From Lingula anatina (lineage: Eukaryota; Animalia; Brachiopoda), in the NCBI GenBank assembly GCA_051362555.1, contig CM120641.1:46568401-46632400 (forward strand): a stretch of DNA of 64,000 nucleotides, in the 5' to 3' direction. Shown one piece after another: positions 1 through 14,200 of this stretch. Each line of letters starts with the position of its first letter. Position 1 is the stretch's first letter. The translations under genes and the position numbers were made by a program. The notes below the pieces were generated by a model. That model searched no databases. It was given only the letters and a program-made list of their open reading frames with translations, and was not told the origin of the DNA.

Positions 1-643
1 ATGTAAGTTCTGCGACAAGAAATTTACCCAAAAAGATTACTGCAATGTTCATGAAAAAATTCACTTGGGAGAAAAAACTTACAAATGCAAGCATTGTAAT
101 AAGGCATTTAATAAAAAACAAAAGTGCGTTCAACATGAAAAAAGTCACACTGTAAAGAAACTTTACAAATGTCAATACTGCCATAAGAAATTTTCTGTGA
201 ACAGTGATTGTGTTGATCATGAAAAGATTCACACTGATGAAAAACCATATAAATGCCAATATTGTAATAAGACATTTGTAAGAGAACAGTATTTCATTCA
301 ACATGAAAGTATTCACGCTGACAAATTATCTATAATGAATAATTGTGTAAATCATGAAGTTTTTCACTGTGAAAAGAAACCATACAAGTGTAAGTTGTGC
401 TACAAGGCGTTTGTCAGCAGAAATGAATTCGATCTACATGAAAAAGATCACAATGATGTGACGTCTGTTTCAGGAGAACATGCCAGTGGACAGTATGATA
501 CAGAAATCTGTCATGGTACAAATATTGTCTGCCAGGATAGAAATGGGGTCAAACAGGAATTGGTTAAAAAGGAAATTGAGGATTACGCTCCTGTAAGAGA
601 GCAACCATATCCTGTTGCTTTGTTTAAAAATGCATTTGCTTAG
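1..643 (+). CDS. C2H2 (Kruppel-type) zinc-finger protein, 3' part; 5' end lies outside the window
   Basis: Repeated CxxC-x12-HxxxH units with HTxEKPYKC-type linkers (e.g. HEKIHTDEKPYKCQYC). The frame is open from the window start (CKFCDKKF...) to TAG at 641-643. Candidate AATAAA signals at about 890 and 1229. Confidence 0.93.
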   Translation, partial: CKFCDKKFTQKDYCNVHEKIHLGEKTYKCKHCNKAFNKKQKCVQHEKSHTVKKLYKCQYCHKKFSVNSDCVDHEKIHTDEKPYKCQYCNKTFVREQYFIQHESIHADKLSIMNNCVNHEVFHCEKKPYKCKLCYKAFVSRNEFDLHEKDHNDVTSVSGEHASGQYDTEICHGTNIVCQDRNGVKQELVKKEIEDYAPVREQPYPVALFKNAFA

Positions 644-2210
644 TCAAATGTAGTTTATGCGTATTTCATGATAGAGTAAAAATGATTTGAAAAAAGATCG
701 GCATGTAGTTTTCAAGTACTAACTACGTCTTTGACTTATTTGAACAGTGTAGCTTACAGTTGTAATATGTACAGGCTTTTATTTGACCAGGTCATAATTT
801 ATTTTTTAAGTTTTACAAATTTTGCAGTGTCACATTAAACGTAAATGCTAAATTGAAAGTTTTTGTAGTGCCAATTTAAAACTAAATTCAATAAAGAAAA
901 CTATTAAGATGGCTACTAACATATATGATAGAAGTAAATGTATTATTCTGACCAAATTTTGTTCTAGTAGCCTTCAGATAGAAAATCTGTGGCCTTGGAA
1001 GACGGTTATCACCTAGGTGATCTGTACTGTATTCAGTCATTGAAGAGAAACAGTTGCAAATGAGCAAAATCTTGTTTTAATGCTATTGTATTATATTTTA
1101 ATGTTATTGTATTGTAGTTCATAGTCAACTTATTGTGTCTATATTGTTTATCTGTACATTTTCAACAGTACATATTGCACCTGCATTAGTAGAATCGAAA
1201 CAAGGGCTTAAAATCAGTTTTTTGAAGCAATAAACTCATCAGTCCATTATCAATTATTTTATTTGTATCTTATATATACCAATCTGAGTAGCGTTTATTA
1301 TTATGACTTAATTTAAAGAAAATATCAACACATGTATATACTTCACTGGTATATATTATTATCAGCATGATTACATAAATAACACATGTAGAAATTAAAA
1401 TGGACGGAACCACTTTTAAAATAATAAATAAATACATCCTTCTAAAAGAAAAATATTTTCATTAAAAATTGATTAACCACTCATTCCCACATCTTCATTC
1501 CATTGTGGACAAGAGCACATATAAATATACTGACTGTACATATGCATACCACAGAATATATAGTTTTCACTATGGTGCAATATGGCATATATGTAAATAT
1601 ACTATTTCATGCTAGTTTATCCAAAGGAGGAGCAGTGGGTCCTGTATCCACCTCCCCTAAGCAACATGTACCCTCTTTTTCCCTTCCCAAAATAGCGCAA
1701 CAATTAAGAAAAACAAGATAAAATCAAATAATTTTCCATCTCTGTGCCCTAATTGCCTTTGCCTATTCCAGGAGGTTGAAAACGAAAACAAAACAAAACA
1801 TTTTATCCTTGTGCCCCCCCCCCCCCAGCTTTTAGCAAAACACTAGACCCACCAGAAGTACGGAGCCATGTGATACACATGGCACCATTTTCACATTGTC
1901 CGAAGCTGCATGACACAACCTTGAACGCCCACAACTCTGTTTTCAGAACAACAACATCACTGGGAAAATCTTGTGTAAAATAAACAGTCCGGGCAATAGT
2001 TCTGATTGTCTTTTTTATCACATTTGCCAAGCAATGAACTTCTCTGGTATTTCCCTTAGAAGGAAGGTTTTCATAGTCTTTGAAATATCATCTTAAATGA
2101 AGTAAAGATCACTTATCTCCTAATATATTCAATACTATGTTGTATAATTCTAAAGCAGCACAAGAGAACACTTTTCACAATAATAATTATATTATGGGAT
2201 TTGCAAAATT

Positions 2211-5200
2211 TTAAACTGGTTTTGGTTTATTTTTTATCATGATATTGGCCAGTCCATTTCTTCTATGTCTCCAGGCTCCTTGACCGAGACTTAAATACTT
2301 CAAGTGGCGGTACCACAATAAGGTGTCTTTGGGGTCTTCAGACTGTAAAACAAGGACAGAATACATGTATCTTAATTAGTCCACATCCAGAACATATTAT
2401 CTGCAGAATAACTGACTTGTGGACTAAATATGGCCGACCCCACTTGAAAGCAATACCGCCTAACCCCAAAATTCTATCCCTGCCTCCATATGGATTAAAT
2501 CTCAGCTCCGAGGCTAAATTGCTATAGGCCCTTGCAGGAACGGCGGATGTGGAGGTAGGGAGACCGTCAAGGGATTAGGTGGCCTTGCTTACAAGTAGGT
2601 CTGCCATATTTGATCCGCACTGTTAAGACACTATTTAAAGGATGTCTTTCCGCTGTAGACGCTTAAATAGGCCTTTCTCTGAAACTTTGCCTATTTGATC
2701 CTGAATCCCAAAGCATGTCTCACACAAAACCGTTGAGAAAATAAAGGTCGAGGTATAGGTTTTTAAGATCACTTAAAGAAAAAAAAGCGCAGCATTTTTT
2801 TTTCGTCTTAACTTCTCGCCATTACTCCCCTACGCATGGAATTCTGGGACTTGCCTCAATTTGCATATGACTGAATACTACTGTTTACTACGCTCTGGAG
2901 AAGACCCGGATGTCACTGCAAACCAAGATGGAGGGTAGTCCGAGTACACGTGAGTTGAAAGAGAGAAGAATAACTCTACGGGACAATGAAAAAGGAAATA
3001 AAACGGGAAATGCAGAAGCAGAGGATGTTATTTTCATTGGCAGGCCGGTGAGGTAGACAAAGCAGAAGTAGGAAATAAAACTGACAAGCGAGAAACTGAC
3101 AAAATTCTGCCGGATACGGGTACGTTATTTCGATCTCTTATCACGTCCGACTCTTTCATTGAGAACATATTCAGGAGGCGGATTTAGGGCGTCTTCTGGT
3201 TCTTCCGGAAGACGGTTAGATTTTCAAGTTTTCATTGGCGGGTATATGTAATATTTCTGTCGAAAGGCGGTCAAAAATGGAGGATGGATCAACATTACTC
3301 GGAAGACTGTCAGAAAATATTAAATATCTCTGGATCCGCCCCTGTTATCCCTGCTGTACGCAGAAAAGTTTATTATTCTTTAGAGCAGTCAGTACAAACA
3401 AGGATTGAGCTAAATAGTCTTCTATTAAAGACTGGTTTTTGTCGGCTTACTTAGTCGTTATATCCTCAAGTCCAAAAAAAAAAAAAAAAAGAGAAAAAAC
3501 AACCTTTCACTATTTACCTTATTCGAATTTAATTTAAATTAAAAGATTTAAAGCGAGCACATTAATTGCAGCATCTGATGGTAGTAAATGTTTATTCTCT
3601 GTTTACATTTTTAAAGTTGACTTCATGGGGATTCTCTGGAGAATGAGGATAATACACTGGTATATATATATATTTTTTTTATCCAGGTAATATGCATGTG
3701 GTAACATCTACCCCTACATCAGGTTCAAGGCCAACATAGAGCCAGAGCCAAAGTAAGTACCTGACACCCAGAATCCAAACACACAATAGCTGTTTATTTT
3801 ACCATGTTCAGTACACCTTGCCATCAATATCAATCTAATGCATGTTAGTACTTGGAACAATGCCATTTTATTATAAAGTTTAACACTGCCATGGCAGCTA
3901 GTCCTAGAATTGTGACAAGCACAGGATATCAGTACTTATTGTGGGGAACATTATATAATAAATTGGATTTTGAAACAAATAATTTTGATAACCATGCTCT
4001 ATTCAGTGCTCTTATGTCTGGCGTAGACATTACAGATAGTGGGTGCTATTAATTTCACAAAAAAATGCATTGAAGTCTTTCCAATAGTCAATGTTTTGTT
4101 TTTAGGTATACTAAGCAGCAAAGCAAGCACTCAAAATCAGGGATGACAGTAAGACCTCAAGCTGTTACATAAACAATTAGCACAAATAAAGGTACATTCC
4201 AGTCTTACAAACCAGGAATTTGACATGGGAATTACAAGTACACATTTCTAAGCAGCCATGGTGCAGATGGAACCAAGAGACTCAAGGCACCGTGGTCCTT
4301 ATATGTATATAAGAATTTTTTTAATCAAAATGATGATTACCTCACATAAACTTTTCTTTTATAAATCCATCCAGACATACATTATTTCCTTGTATGACAT
4401 TAACTTTTAAAATGATTGATTTTATGAACAGATTGTGTACAGAGTTGCATTTTACTTTTGATATGAGAAAGGGATAAATGAAAGCACCTTGTTTTTCTAT
4501 GCCTTTATTTTTTATGTTCACTGAATGGTTGCACAAATTACAGTAGAATGAAAAGAATCCTTCTACTCAGTGACTTGCATATTACAGGTCTTATGAATGT
4601 TTGGTCAGTAAACTGATACTTGTGGTAATAGTTATTCTGTGATTTTCTTCAAAGTGAAGTAATCCAGCAAATTCAACGGCAGTCAAAATGTAGGGGACAT
4701 TACAGTGAGTGGGAGATGGGCCAGTCCCATCTCCACTGATACCGAGTCATTGCTTGGTAAATTCTCTAGCAAAAGCATCTTTATATCCAGTGCAAGGCCA
4801 GGATTTCCATCACACTTGTCACAATGTATTCAGCACTTTCCTTGGCAACACCATCATTTTCTTGGCAACACCATCATGTATGCTCTGATAATGAAAAAAA
4901 TATATTCACTTTTATATCTGTCATTTCTGTTTTGATATGTACAATAGCTTACTTCAAAAATAAAATATTTGAAAATGTATGAACACTAAAACAACCATAA
5001 GGACTGGATTTCACACCACCAAATTTTATCGAATAAATTTACTTTGAAAATAAGAAGGAATATGAATGGTGTTTGTGTATTGTGAGAAACTTAGAATTTA
5101 TCTTTTCAATAAAGATTTAATGAGTTTTATACCTCTTCTGTGAGTTACTGAATTCTCCTTTCATGTTCTTGAGTCAATCCTCCTGATCTCACACCTCTTC

Positions 5201-8200
5201 CAAGCCTTGTACTACTGGACCTAGAAGTGCTATGTATCACTGCCAACTCTACTAAACCTTTATACAGGGCTTTTTTCTAATGAGGCCGACATCACAAGAT
5301 AGTATGCTGTAAAATAATAATAAAACTAATAATAATAATAATTGGCACTGATTTAATTGCATGCTAGTAATAATGTTGTGAACTGTTCAAAATGGGTTTC
5401 ACTTCAATTAATCATTGTCCTGCACTCAAGCGTATCAATTGTTATCCCTAAACTATAAGTTTTTTGTATGTGTGGATTATTACATGTGAATATAGGTGAG
5501 GGTAAGGTGGGTCCTACACATTACTATCAAAACTAAGGAATATGCCAGATTAACTAAAAGGCCTGTATTATTTAAAAATAACAGAAAACTCTTTACCTCA
5601 GGGAGCTCTTTATCCTCTAGTTCTGGACTGCTCTGACTGCTTGCCTCATCAACAATAGGCCTACTCTCGATCTGAAAAGTATAAAAACAGATCGACTAGA
5701 AAAGCAAGATAAGATACGTGTGTGCGTAGCACAAAATTCAGGCACTCCTATTGACGATTTTGACATCTGCACGATGCTCACCACTACTGCCAGTAAGTAT
5801 CAAAATCGTCTGGAACGCATTTGTAGTCCGTGCTACGCTGTGCGTGCAAATCGCGATGTCAAAATTGCGGCTCAGAAAGCATAGCAAACAACAAAAAAAG
5901 TATCAGTCGTTCATAAATATCCAACCGAAAAGGGCTGGTTCAGTTGACCCGAAAAATATCACTGTCTCTAATCATGTCACCGGTATATTTCCTGGTACAA
6001 GTTACTCATTCGGTGAATCGGCATTGAGAATTACGGCATCAAGCACTGTTGACATAATAGGCTACACTCCGTCGTAAATATTTCCAAGCCATTCGTTGAT
6101 TTTTGGACTATTTTAACCGACGAGAAGTTAAAGAATTCTTTAAATGTTTAAGTGCACAAACCTGTTCACGAACAATGAAGGGAGAGAGTTTTAACTAACG
6201 TGCATCTGTAAACGACTTACTTCGAACTCCACCGCGCCATATTTGTTTCTCCTAGTGTACGAGTGCTATTTTAGGCAACGCACTCTGATTGGCTAAAACC
6301 TTGCGGTAGTCGTCTTCTCTTTTTTGGGGAGAGGACGTTCTCCAATACAGACTCGAATGTGAAATAATTAATTATTTTGATTGCCGTCTACCTCAAAGGC
6401 GAATTTTGGTTTAGATCGTGACCTTCATATATAAGAAAAAGTTTGGGATATGTTTTAATTTCCCTCATATCGGAAAGAGCCCCTTTAAGTAGTTATTATA
6501 TATCACATTTAAATTTGAAAAAAGCATATTTGTTGAACATCAAACAATGTTTTGGCCAATAAATAAAATGTCAATATCTTACCTTAAAGAGAAAGACATC
6601 TTTTGCCATCTCATGGATCTCAAAGACCTCTGGCAGTTCTGGGTCTATGGCAACTACACACTTGTCTAGATACATAGGTTCCTTAAGATAAAATGAAAAA
6701 GGGACTAATATTAAAATATGCAATTTTGTGCTTAATAAACATTAATGACATAACTAATTTCAAACAAAGGACATCAGCAAAGCTTCTGCTTGCATCATTT
6801 CCAAATCTGCTGAAATTACTGAAAACTGATGTGTGCCATCTCCAGAATTTTCAAGAAATTACTATAATATTAAAACCATGTATGAAAATTGAGAATAAAC
6901 ATTAAGTAAAATAACACTGTCCATACCCTAATACTTTGAAAGCGTCCTCCTTTCTCCCGTATGATCACAAGCGCTGCCTGCTGTGGGACTGTATGTGGTC
7001 TGGGAAACAGCATCACTTCATCCAGTGTGTTGTAAGGCTTGGGCTGGAAGGAGAGAAGATGGCATATTGAGGAACAGAAACATTTTACTGATCTAAAATT
7101 ACTTTATATTCAAGGAAACATAATTATGTCGGGGAGAACATTGCCCTCAGTGTTTACACAAATACCTAAGCATGTTTTAAACAATTGAAACATTTGATCA
7201 AAATTATTCTTATCCTTTCTTTTTTTTTTGTCAAATAAATTCTTTTATACACAAGACATATAGGGAAAACTATAAAGTATATATTATTCTAGTTTAGTTA
7301 TTTTAAAGCAACTGAAATATTTTATTACAACACTTTTGTATACTTACATTTCCAAGTGTGGCCAAAACACCAAAAATAGGTGCAAACTTGAGATTCTTGT
7401 ACTTCCTGGGCCAGGTAGAGTCAGCAGGCTGTGCATACTGTAGCTTTCCAGCAGTAATTATTTTTACCTCATTCCTGGTCCAACATAGCGTTTCCAAGGC
7501 AACCTGATAAGTCAACATTCAAGATATTTATAAAATACAAAACAATAAGACTTACTGCATCTTACATTCAAATTTGCTAGGCATATAAATTACCATGCTA
7601 TTTAGTAATAATTTGCATGGAACACTACTAATTGCATTTTTTTCTCAATATAATTATAAATATCAAGTGGTAAGAAACAACTCACCTTGTTTAGTTCTAT
7701 ATTGTCAGTACCTATGCTCTTCTTGGAGCCTGATCCTTTTCTCCGTAATCTGAGTCCAGTGGCTGAGGCTTTGGTTTTCTGGAGGGATAAATTATCAAAT
7801 TAACATGCATGCAGTTAACACTTCTCAAACATTTTTATAAAACATTTCCTTCTATCACCGCAATTTCAAATAAAGTTTTTAAAAATAGATCACTATAAAT
7901 AAGTACTGCTCATCCTATTGGAACTGAATCACTGAACTTATGGAAAACCAAGCTAAATATTTTTTTTTCTAATAAATTACAAAAAAAAAAAAAAAAAAAC
8001 TAACTGCATTGATATGATCCAGGATTTCTTCTACTCTACATTGAGCTTCTTTTATTGCTTCCCTGTCTTCGTGATGACTAGATGTGGACTTGTGTAACCT
8101 CCCAAGGAGCAGAGGGTACCTGGAAAATAAAAACATAGCATACCAGGTTTAAAATAAAAGCTTTCTGCGTGTAAGCTTAAAACTGCCAAAATAACTAAAA

Positions 8201-11200
8201 GTACTGCTTTCTTAATAACATACATTTACCAACCACACCAACATTTGTCACATTTTATATTAAAATTTGCTTTTATTTTTGTGTCAACATATGGAACTTA
8301 CTTCATGATTCTCTGTACAGGCACCATGAGAAAAGACTTGAGATTCATTCTCCTGAGCAAGGAGTTTTCTGTTTGAGACACATGTAGGAATATCCGCAGT
8401 AGCTCTTTCTCCTTCTCCAGTTGTTCCAACAGAAGTGGAGCTGCTGCCTGTAAAAATACAAAGTATATAAAACTGAACTTACCTTCAAATAACAATAATC
8501 ACCATTGACCCAGTCTCACTTTACACAATCAAGACTTCTCACCCAGATTCTTCTAACACAATCTAGACTTCTCACCCAGCCTCACATAACACAATCAAGA
8601 CTTCTCACCCAGCCTCACATAACACAATCTAGATTTCTCACCCAGCCTCACATAACACAATCAAGACTTCTTACTCAGCCTCACATAACACAACATCACC
8701 ATTGACAGTATAAAAACCCCTTGTCAATGACTCTGAAATGTTTATGGTGCTGATAGAAAGTTGTGTCGTATTTTGGCAAACAAAAATGACAGCAATTACA
8801 ATACTGTATTACTGTATCACTAGTTCTGTTTTAGTACAAGATTTGAGTATTGTATTCACAAATGTACAGTCTTTGCAGCAATTTTTTCTACTTGGCAGCT
8901 ATTCCAGGCCATCAATAATATTCCACATATTTCTCCCTTGTCCTACCTGTTTCACACAGTAGTTCTCAAAAGCCAGGAACATGTTGGAGGATTCCAGGAA
9001 AAGTTGTCCTATATATACTGTGACATAGTCCTAGAGAATAAGAAATTAAACCAGGTACGGTATGTAATAATTTTATAAACTTCACTGATCCTGTGATCCT
9101 ATTTTGAGTATCTTTAACAATATAAATGATCAAATGGTCAATGCTCATGTATATTAAATGATATTCCAGTGATATTAGTGAAAGTTCCAAGTTCACTCAC
9201 CTCATCTCCCTGTTCATTGGCCAATTCAACGAGATCCTGCAGTTTGTCTGCAAATTTGTCATTGATGTCAATCAACTCTTGTAGATTGATGAAGATAGTG
9301 TCTAACTGTTCAGGAGTCAGCAAAGATGCTGTTTCCATTGGAGCCATAAATTCCTAGCAGAAAACAGACACCAGACACTGAATGAAAAGTTAAACTACAA
9401 TTGTACCATACATAATTCCATATGTCCTGAAGATAAAATATTCTGACTGTTAATTGTCTGAGTTTATAAGGTTTGGAGTTTAAGGTCAACTTCCAAATCA
9501 AGCACACAACTTGTCGTGCTACCTGGATCGATCCAACTCTTACTTAAAGGTATAGTCAGTGTAATCAACTTAATTGTCTGACACATCTCCTCAACCAGTA
9601 AAGATGTAAATAACAATAGTGTGTGCTTGGCTCTTGGAAGATTTTTCACTGATCCAGCCTCACGCAACACAATCACCAATGACCCAGACACACCTAGCAC
9701 AATCAGCACCACTGACCCAACCTCACCTAACGCAATCATCACAACTGATTCAGCCTCACCCAACACAATCACCACCACTCACCCAACATTACCTAATACA
9801 ATCAGTCTAACCTACCTCCTTGATGATGCGCAGATCTCTGCCATAGCTGAGTTCTGTGTCTACCAGCTCCTGAATGGTTTCCTTCCTCTCCACTCTACGT
9901 GAATGACACTTCGTGCACAGTGTTTCCACACAATCCTCCAGGTCCAACACACTGATGGTTTTGTTGCAATCCTCACAGACTGGGCCCTAACAGAACATTA
10001 ACACTTCATGTATCAATGTCTTTGTGTCTCTGATTAGTTTTGTTATAAACACATAATTTCAGAGAATTATGGACAAATCCTGAGAGTCAGAATGGCAAAC
10101 CTCAATAGTGTTTTTTTTCAGCCAAAATAAATCATCTTTACTGTTTACAAAAAGACTTTTACATATAAAAGTAAGGCATTGCATGGTATCAATGGTAAAA
10201 TTGTACATTGCAATAGCAGCTGCATGCTACATATATGACTATTTCATACAACTTTGTGCCTACCGCATATACCTTGCTTTTCTTTTTCATTCCTGCTTTG
10301 GTCTCAGATCCAACCCCACTGTCCACCCTCTCCACTTCTGCTCCCTTTGGGGTATCCTGTGAGATAGACAGAAAAAATTGCTTAAAAAGTAAATATTTTC
10401 ATGTCTTATGCTGTAACAAATAAATTAATTAAAAAATCCAATAACAACAAAAATAATGTCTCTTACAAAATTAACATTTTAAGCTGAAATTCTTAATATT
10501 TTACACTGAATTGAAGTGTTGTGATCATGTGGTAAATTATAAATTTGTTTATTTTTTGTGTCAAGCAACTCTCAGATTGGCCATGTCTGCACAGTTCTCA
10601 ACATGCAGCCAATATAAGGCCACTTTATTGATTACATTGATAATATCTAAAAATAATTGTGACTAGACTTTCCCTTTATATTGTTCTACGATGCATAATG
10701 ATTTTGATCACAAAAATGGAAAAATCACAAAAATATCCCAAGATCCATCCCTGGACCATAATGCTGTACCTTGGCTGTGTCTGCAGAGTCCTGCACCCCC
10801 TCAGTAACCCCGCTGTCAACACTAGTCATGCTTACGATGCTGAGGCGGTTCTTTTGCCTGCTTGGCTCGTGCCTACCTCTAGTGCATGCCTGAGAGAGGA
10901 GGAGAGGGAAGAGAGGGTGCAATGGTTAGTTGTTCTTTTATAGGGTGCACTAAAACATGCCATTTCAAAAAAGCAAGCAAGAAAGGGGTAGATGTGCCAA
11001 TTAAGATGGTTGTAAGGATTAGAATTAGTTTTGCTTTTTTTTGGTTATTTGGTATGGTAATTCAATGAATTGTTCAAACTATCTGCATGGTCTTATCCTT
11101 GAAAAATTTTAGTTCAATCAAAATTCTGAACTAAATCAATGAAATCAGGGAAATATATTTTCCTTACCCACATAAAAATATTTGAAGCATTTTGCCAAAA

Positions 11201-14200
11201 TATTTTATGCCAGGATGGGTGACCTAAGTATTTTTTTTACTTAAATTCCCCTAATTAACATTCAGGCAGTTTTACAAAACCTTTGAGTAATATACTAGTA
11301 CAATAGCTGTGTGCCATGCAATAATTCTCATACAGCAAGACAGTGCATTTGCTTTTAGTGATATTAAATGGACATCAACAAAGTGTGCATGCACACACAC
11401 ATATCACCCTCTGCTCCCTTTTGTAAGACATTCATGTCCCTCAATCACAAAATAGTTAGTGCAAAACTTATATTTATACTAATAAACACCAACCTCTGCG
11501 CTTGTGTCATCCTCATAAATCTCCTCCAGACTCTGAAGACTTGAGCTCTCTTCTAATGTTTTAAACGAACCAGTTTGGACCTCCTGCAGAAAACTGAGGA
11601 TTTCTTCCTTCGATGTTGCTGATGACAGTTTTCTTTTGCTGACATCTTGAGCTTTTAGTGACATCTTCTTAGAACCTCTGGTTTCTGTGAAAATAGTTAC
11701 CGTGTCTTATAATGATCACAGTTTTAGCTCAGGTGTCACAGTATTGAGGACAGACCACAGATTTTGAGCGTAAGCATGAGTGAAACAAGGAGGCTTTTAG
11801 GCCCACTAAATTTTTTACCGATTCTGGGTTCAAATTATACCCTACCATTCATAATGCAAAAACTGATGTTAAATTACATCACCTAAACGCGTTTTAAACA
11901 ACATATAAACATGCAAATATCTTATCTATGTAACTTAATTTGCAAAAATCTGGAACCTTTAACATACAAATTGTCTGCAACAAGCATCGCTGCATCTTTT
12001 TGTACATAAAAATTAATCTTCATTGTTTCTCATAAATACCTCTTGCTTTCAATCTTTGTTCTTTCTGAGAATTCTGTCTTTCTAAAGCCACTTCATCAAA
12101 CGGATCACTTTTGTTGTGCCTTAGTTTCTTGTCTTTTTTCCTTTTCTTCTCTTCTTTGATGTCTGAAACATCTGATGTTGATCTTGTGACTGAAATCTGA
12201 GGACACAAAATAGATAAATACCAAATTCTGATAATGTAGATTTTACACTAAAACAGTGGTCATTCATATCAATATAAGTAATATGTATCAATATATATAA
12301 CTGATACAGAAGTGACATATTCAAAATTAATGGCCAGCCTCCACTTCATCCATTAAAGATTTTTTTATTCATTTCTCGTCACATGAATGAAATACATTTC
12401 TAAATTGTCTGTATAATAAGTGTTGTATTTTAATACAAATTCAGGATAGGGAATGTGATTCCGCTGCCTTGTGTTGTGTTGATCAAGATTTGGCAATCGA
12501 TAGAGTGAAATGAATTTATTAGCCACCCCTCAGTTTAGATTCATAAATGTAAAAAAAGAAAGAAAATGATGCATTCAGTTCAAACTGAGTGCTACTTTTC
12601 TTTTCAACTCTCAATATGATTCAGGCGATGATACAAAAAAAAAAAAAAAAAAAAAGTGATAGCAAAGTGGAGCAAAATAAATATGGAGTGAAAAAATGTG
12701 GTACAGTATAAAAAGGCCAGGCCAAAACAGACTACAGAATCAGAACCTGGTCACCAGGCAGTGGTTTTCTAGCTACCTGACTAAGTTCAGTCTGTTCCAG
12801 TCGTTTGAACCTCTTGCTGTACTTGGTGAACAGATCCTCAGACCTGGGTGCAGTGTATCCAGACTGAAGGGCCTCTACATAGTTATTGAACCTGGGACTG
12901 GTGGTCATCTTGAGGAGGAGAAAATGTGATAATGAAAACATGATGAGTGCAGATAATCGAAAAGTGATGATGAATGTGAATTTTTTTCAAAGCTAGCAAC
13001 TCTCATCAAAACCAATTTACAAAAGTTAAAAGATGACATAAAAATAAAATTTCAATAGCTTTATCTTAAATACCTGCAAATGAATTGACCACAACAAAAA
13101 CAATGGAATAAATAATTATAAAAAGAAATAAACAAATAAATATATTCAGTAATAAGATGATAATAATCTAGCACACAAAAATACACCATGCCATGCTGTT
13201 TCATGCAAAAAGGGGTAAGGGGTGTTCAAGCCTCAAATCTCACACCACCTACCTCAGGTCTTGGAGAGTTCTCCGCTGAGCTGATTTCTTCCTTCAGATC
13301 TCTAGCCATACTTGTACCTGCTGTTTCTTCCTTTCTCTCAGGTTGCTCAAGTCCACAGTCCTCAAAACTGACATCATCAAATTCTCCTAGACTTCTAGAA
13401 CTACTGGGCACATCAGGCAAAGTATGTTCAGAGCATTCCAAGTCGGATTCTAAACTAGATAGATCTAAGTCTAACATTTCTACGTCCCCCAGTCTCTGGT
13501 GCTGGGAAACTGAAAAGTCTACAGGTGCCATCTGGTGTCTGGGACTAGAAGGGAACATGCTATTGTCTCTAGGTAACATGTCTAGTCTATAATCAGTAGA
13601 AGTAACTGCCATGCAGCTATCAAGATCAGGCTCAATACTCACTTTATAATCTTTTTTCTTGGTATACAAGTTCTGTTTGATAGGAGCACTGCCTTGTTCT
13701 TGGTCCTTTTTGGCAGTACGTTTCATATCCTTTCCTTCCTCACTGACAGAACTCGGCAAGAATGTGGCATCCCCAGAACTCAGTCCTAAACTGGAATGTG
13801 GTCTAGGAGGTGGTTTAGACTTTCCTTTCTTTTTCTTTTCTGAACCTTTTCTTGTCTCATTTTTCTTCTCATCATTATCATAAGAAAGGGGAATTTCACT
13901 ATCGTCTTTACTTATTGACCTAATCTTTTTTATTTGATTGTCAGACTTGGCACGAGAGAAAGCTGGCTGTGGATGGTGTGACATGGAATCATTTCTCCTA
14001 TTTATAAATGGCTCAACACAGTCGTTGTCCATTTGATATTTTCTGAGATATTTCTCATATTCTTCTTTAACATGTCTTTTTGGTTTCTGTCTGCTACTAC
14101 TACTACTACTTGGCACATACATTTGTTCTTCTAACTGTTGGTGCTGGAGGACTTTCACATCTGTTACTGTTCCTAAATCAGATTTACTTTTCCCTCGATG

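Noticed and set aside
5700-6110. THAP domain in the Kolobok-like element
   Set aside because: I could not reconstruct a C2CH/AVP signature in any minus-strand frame.
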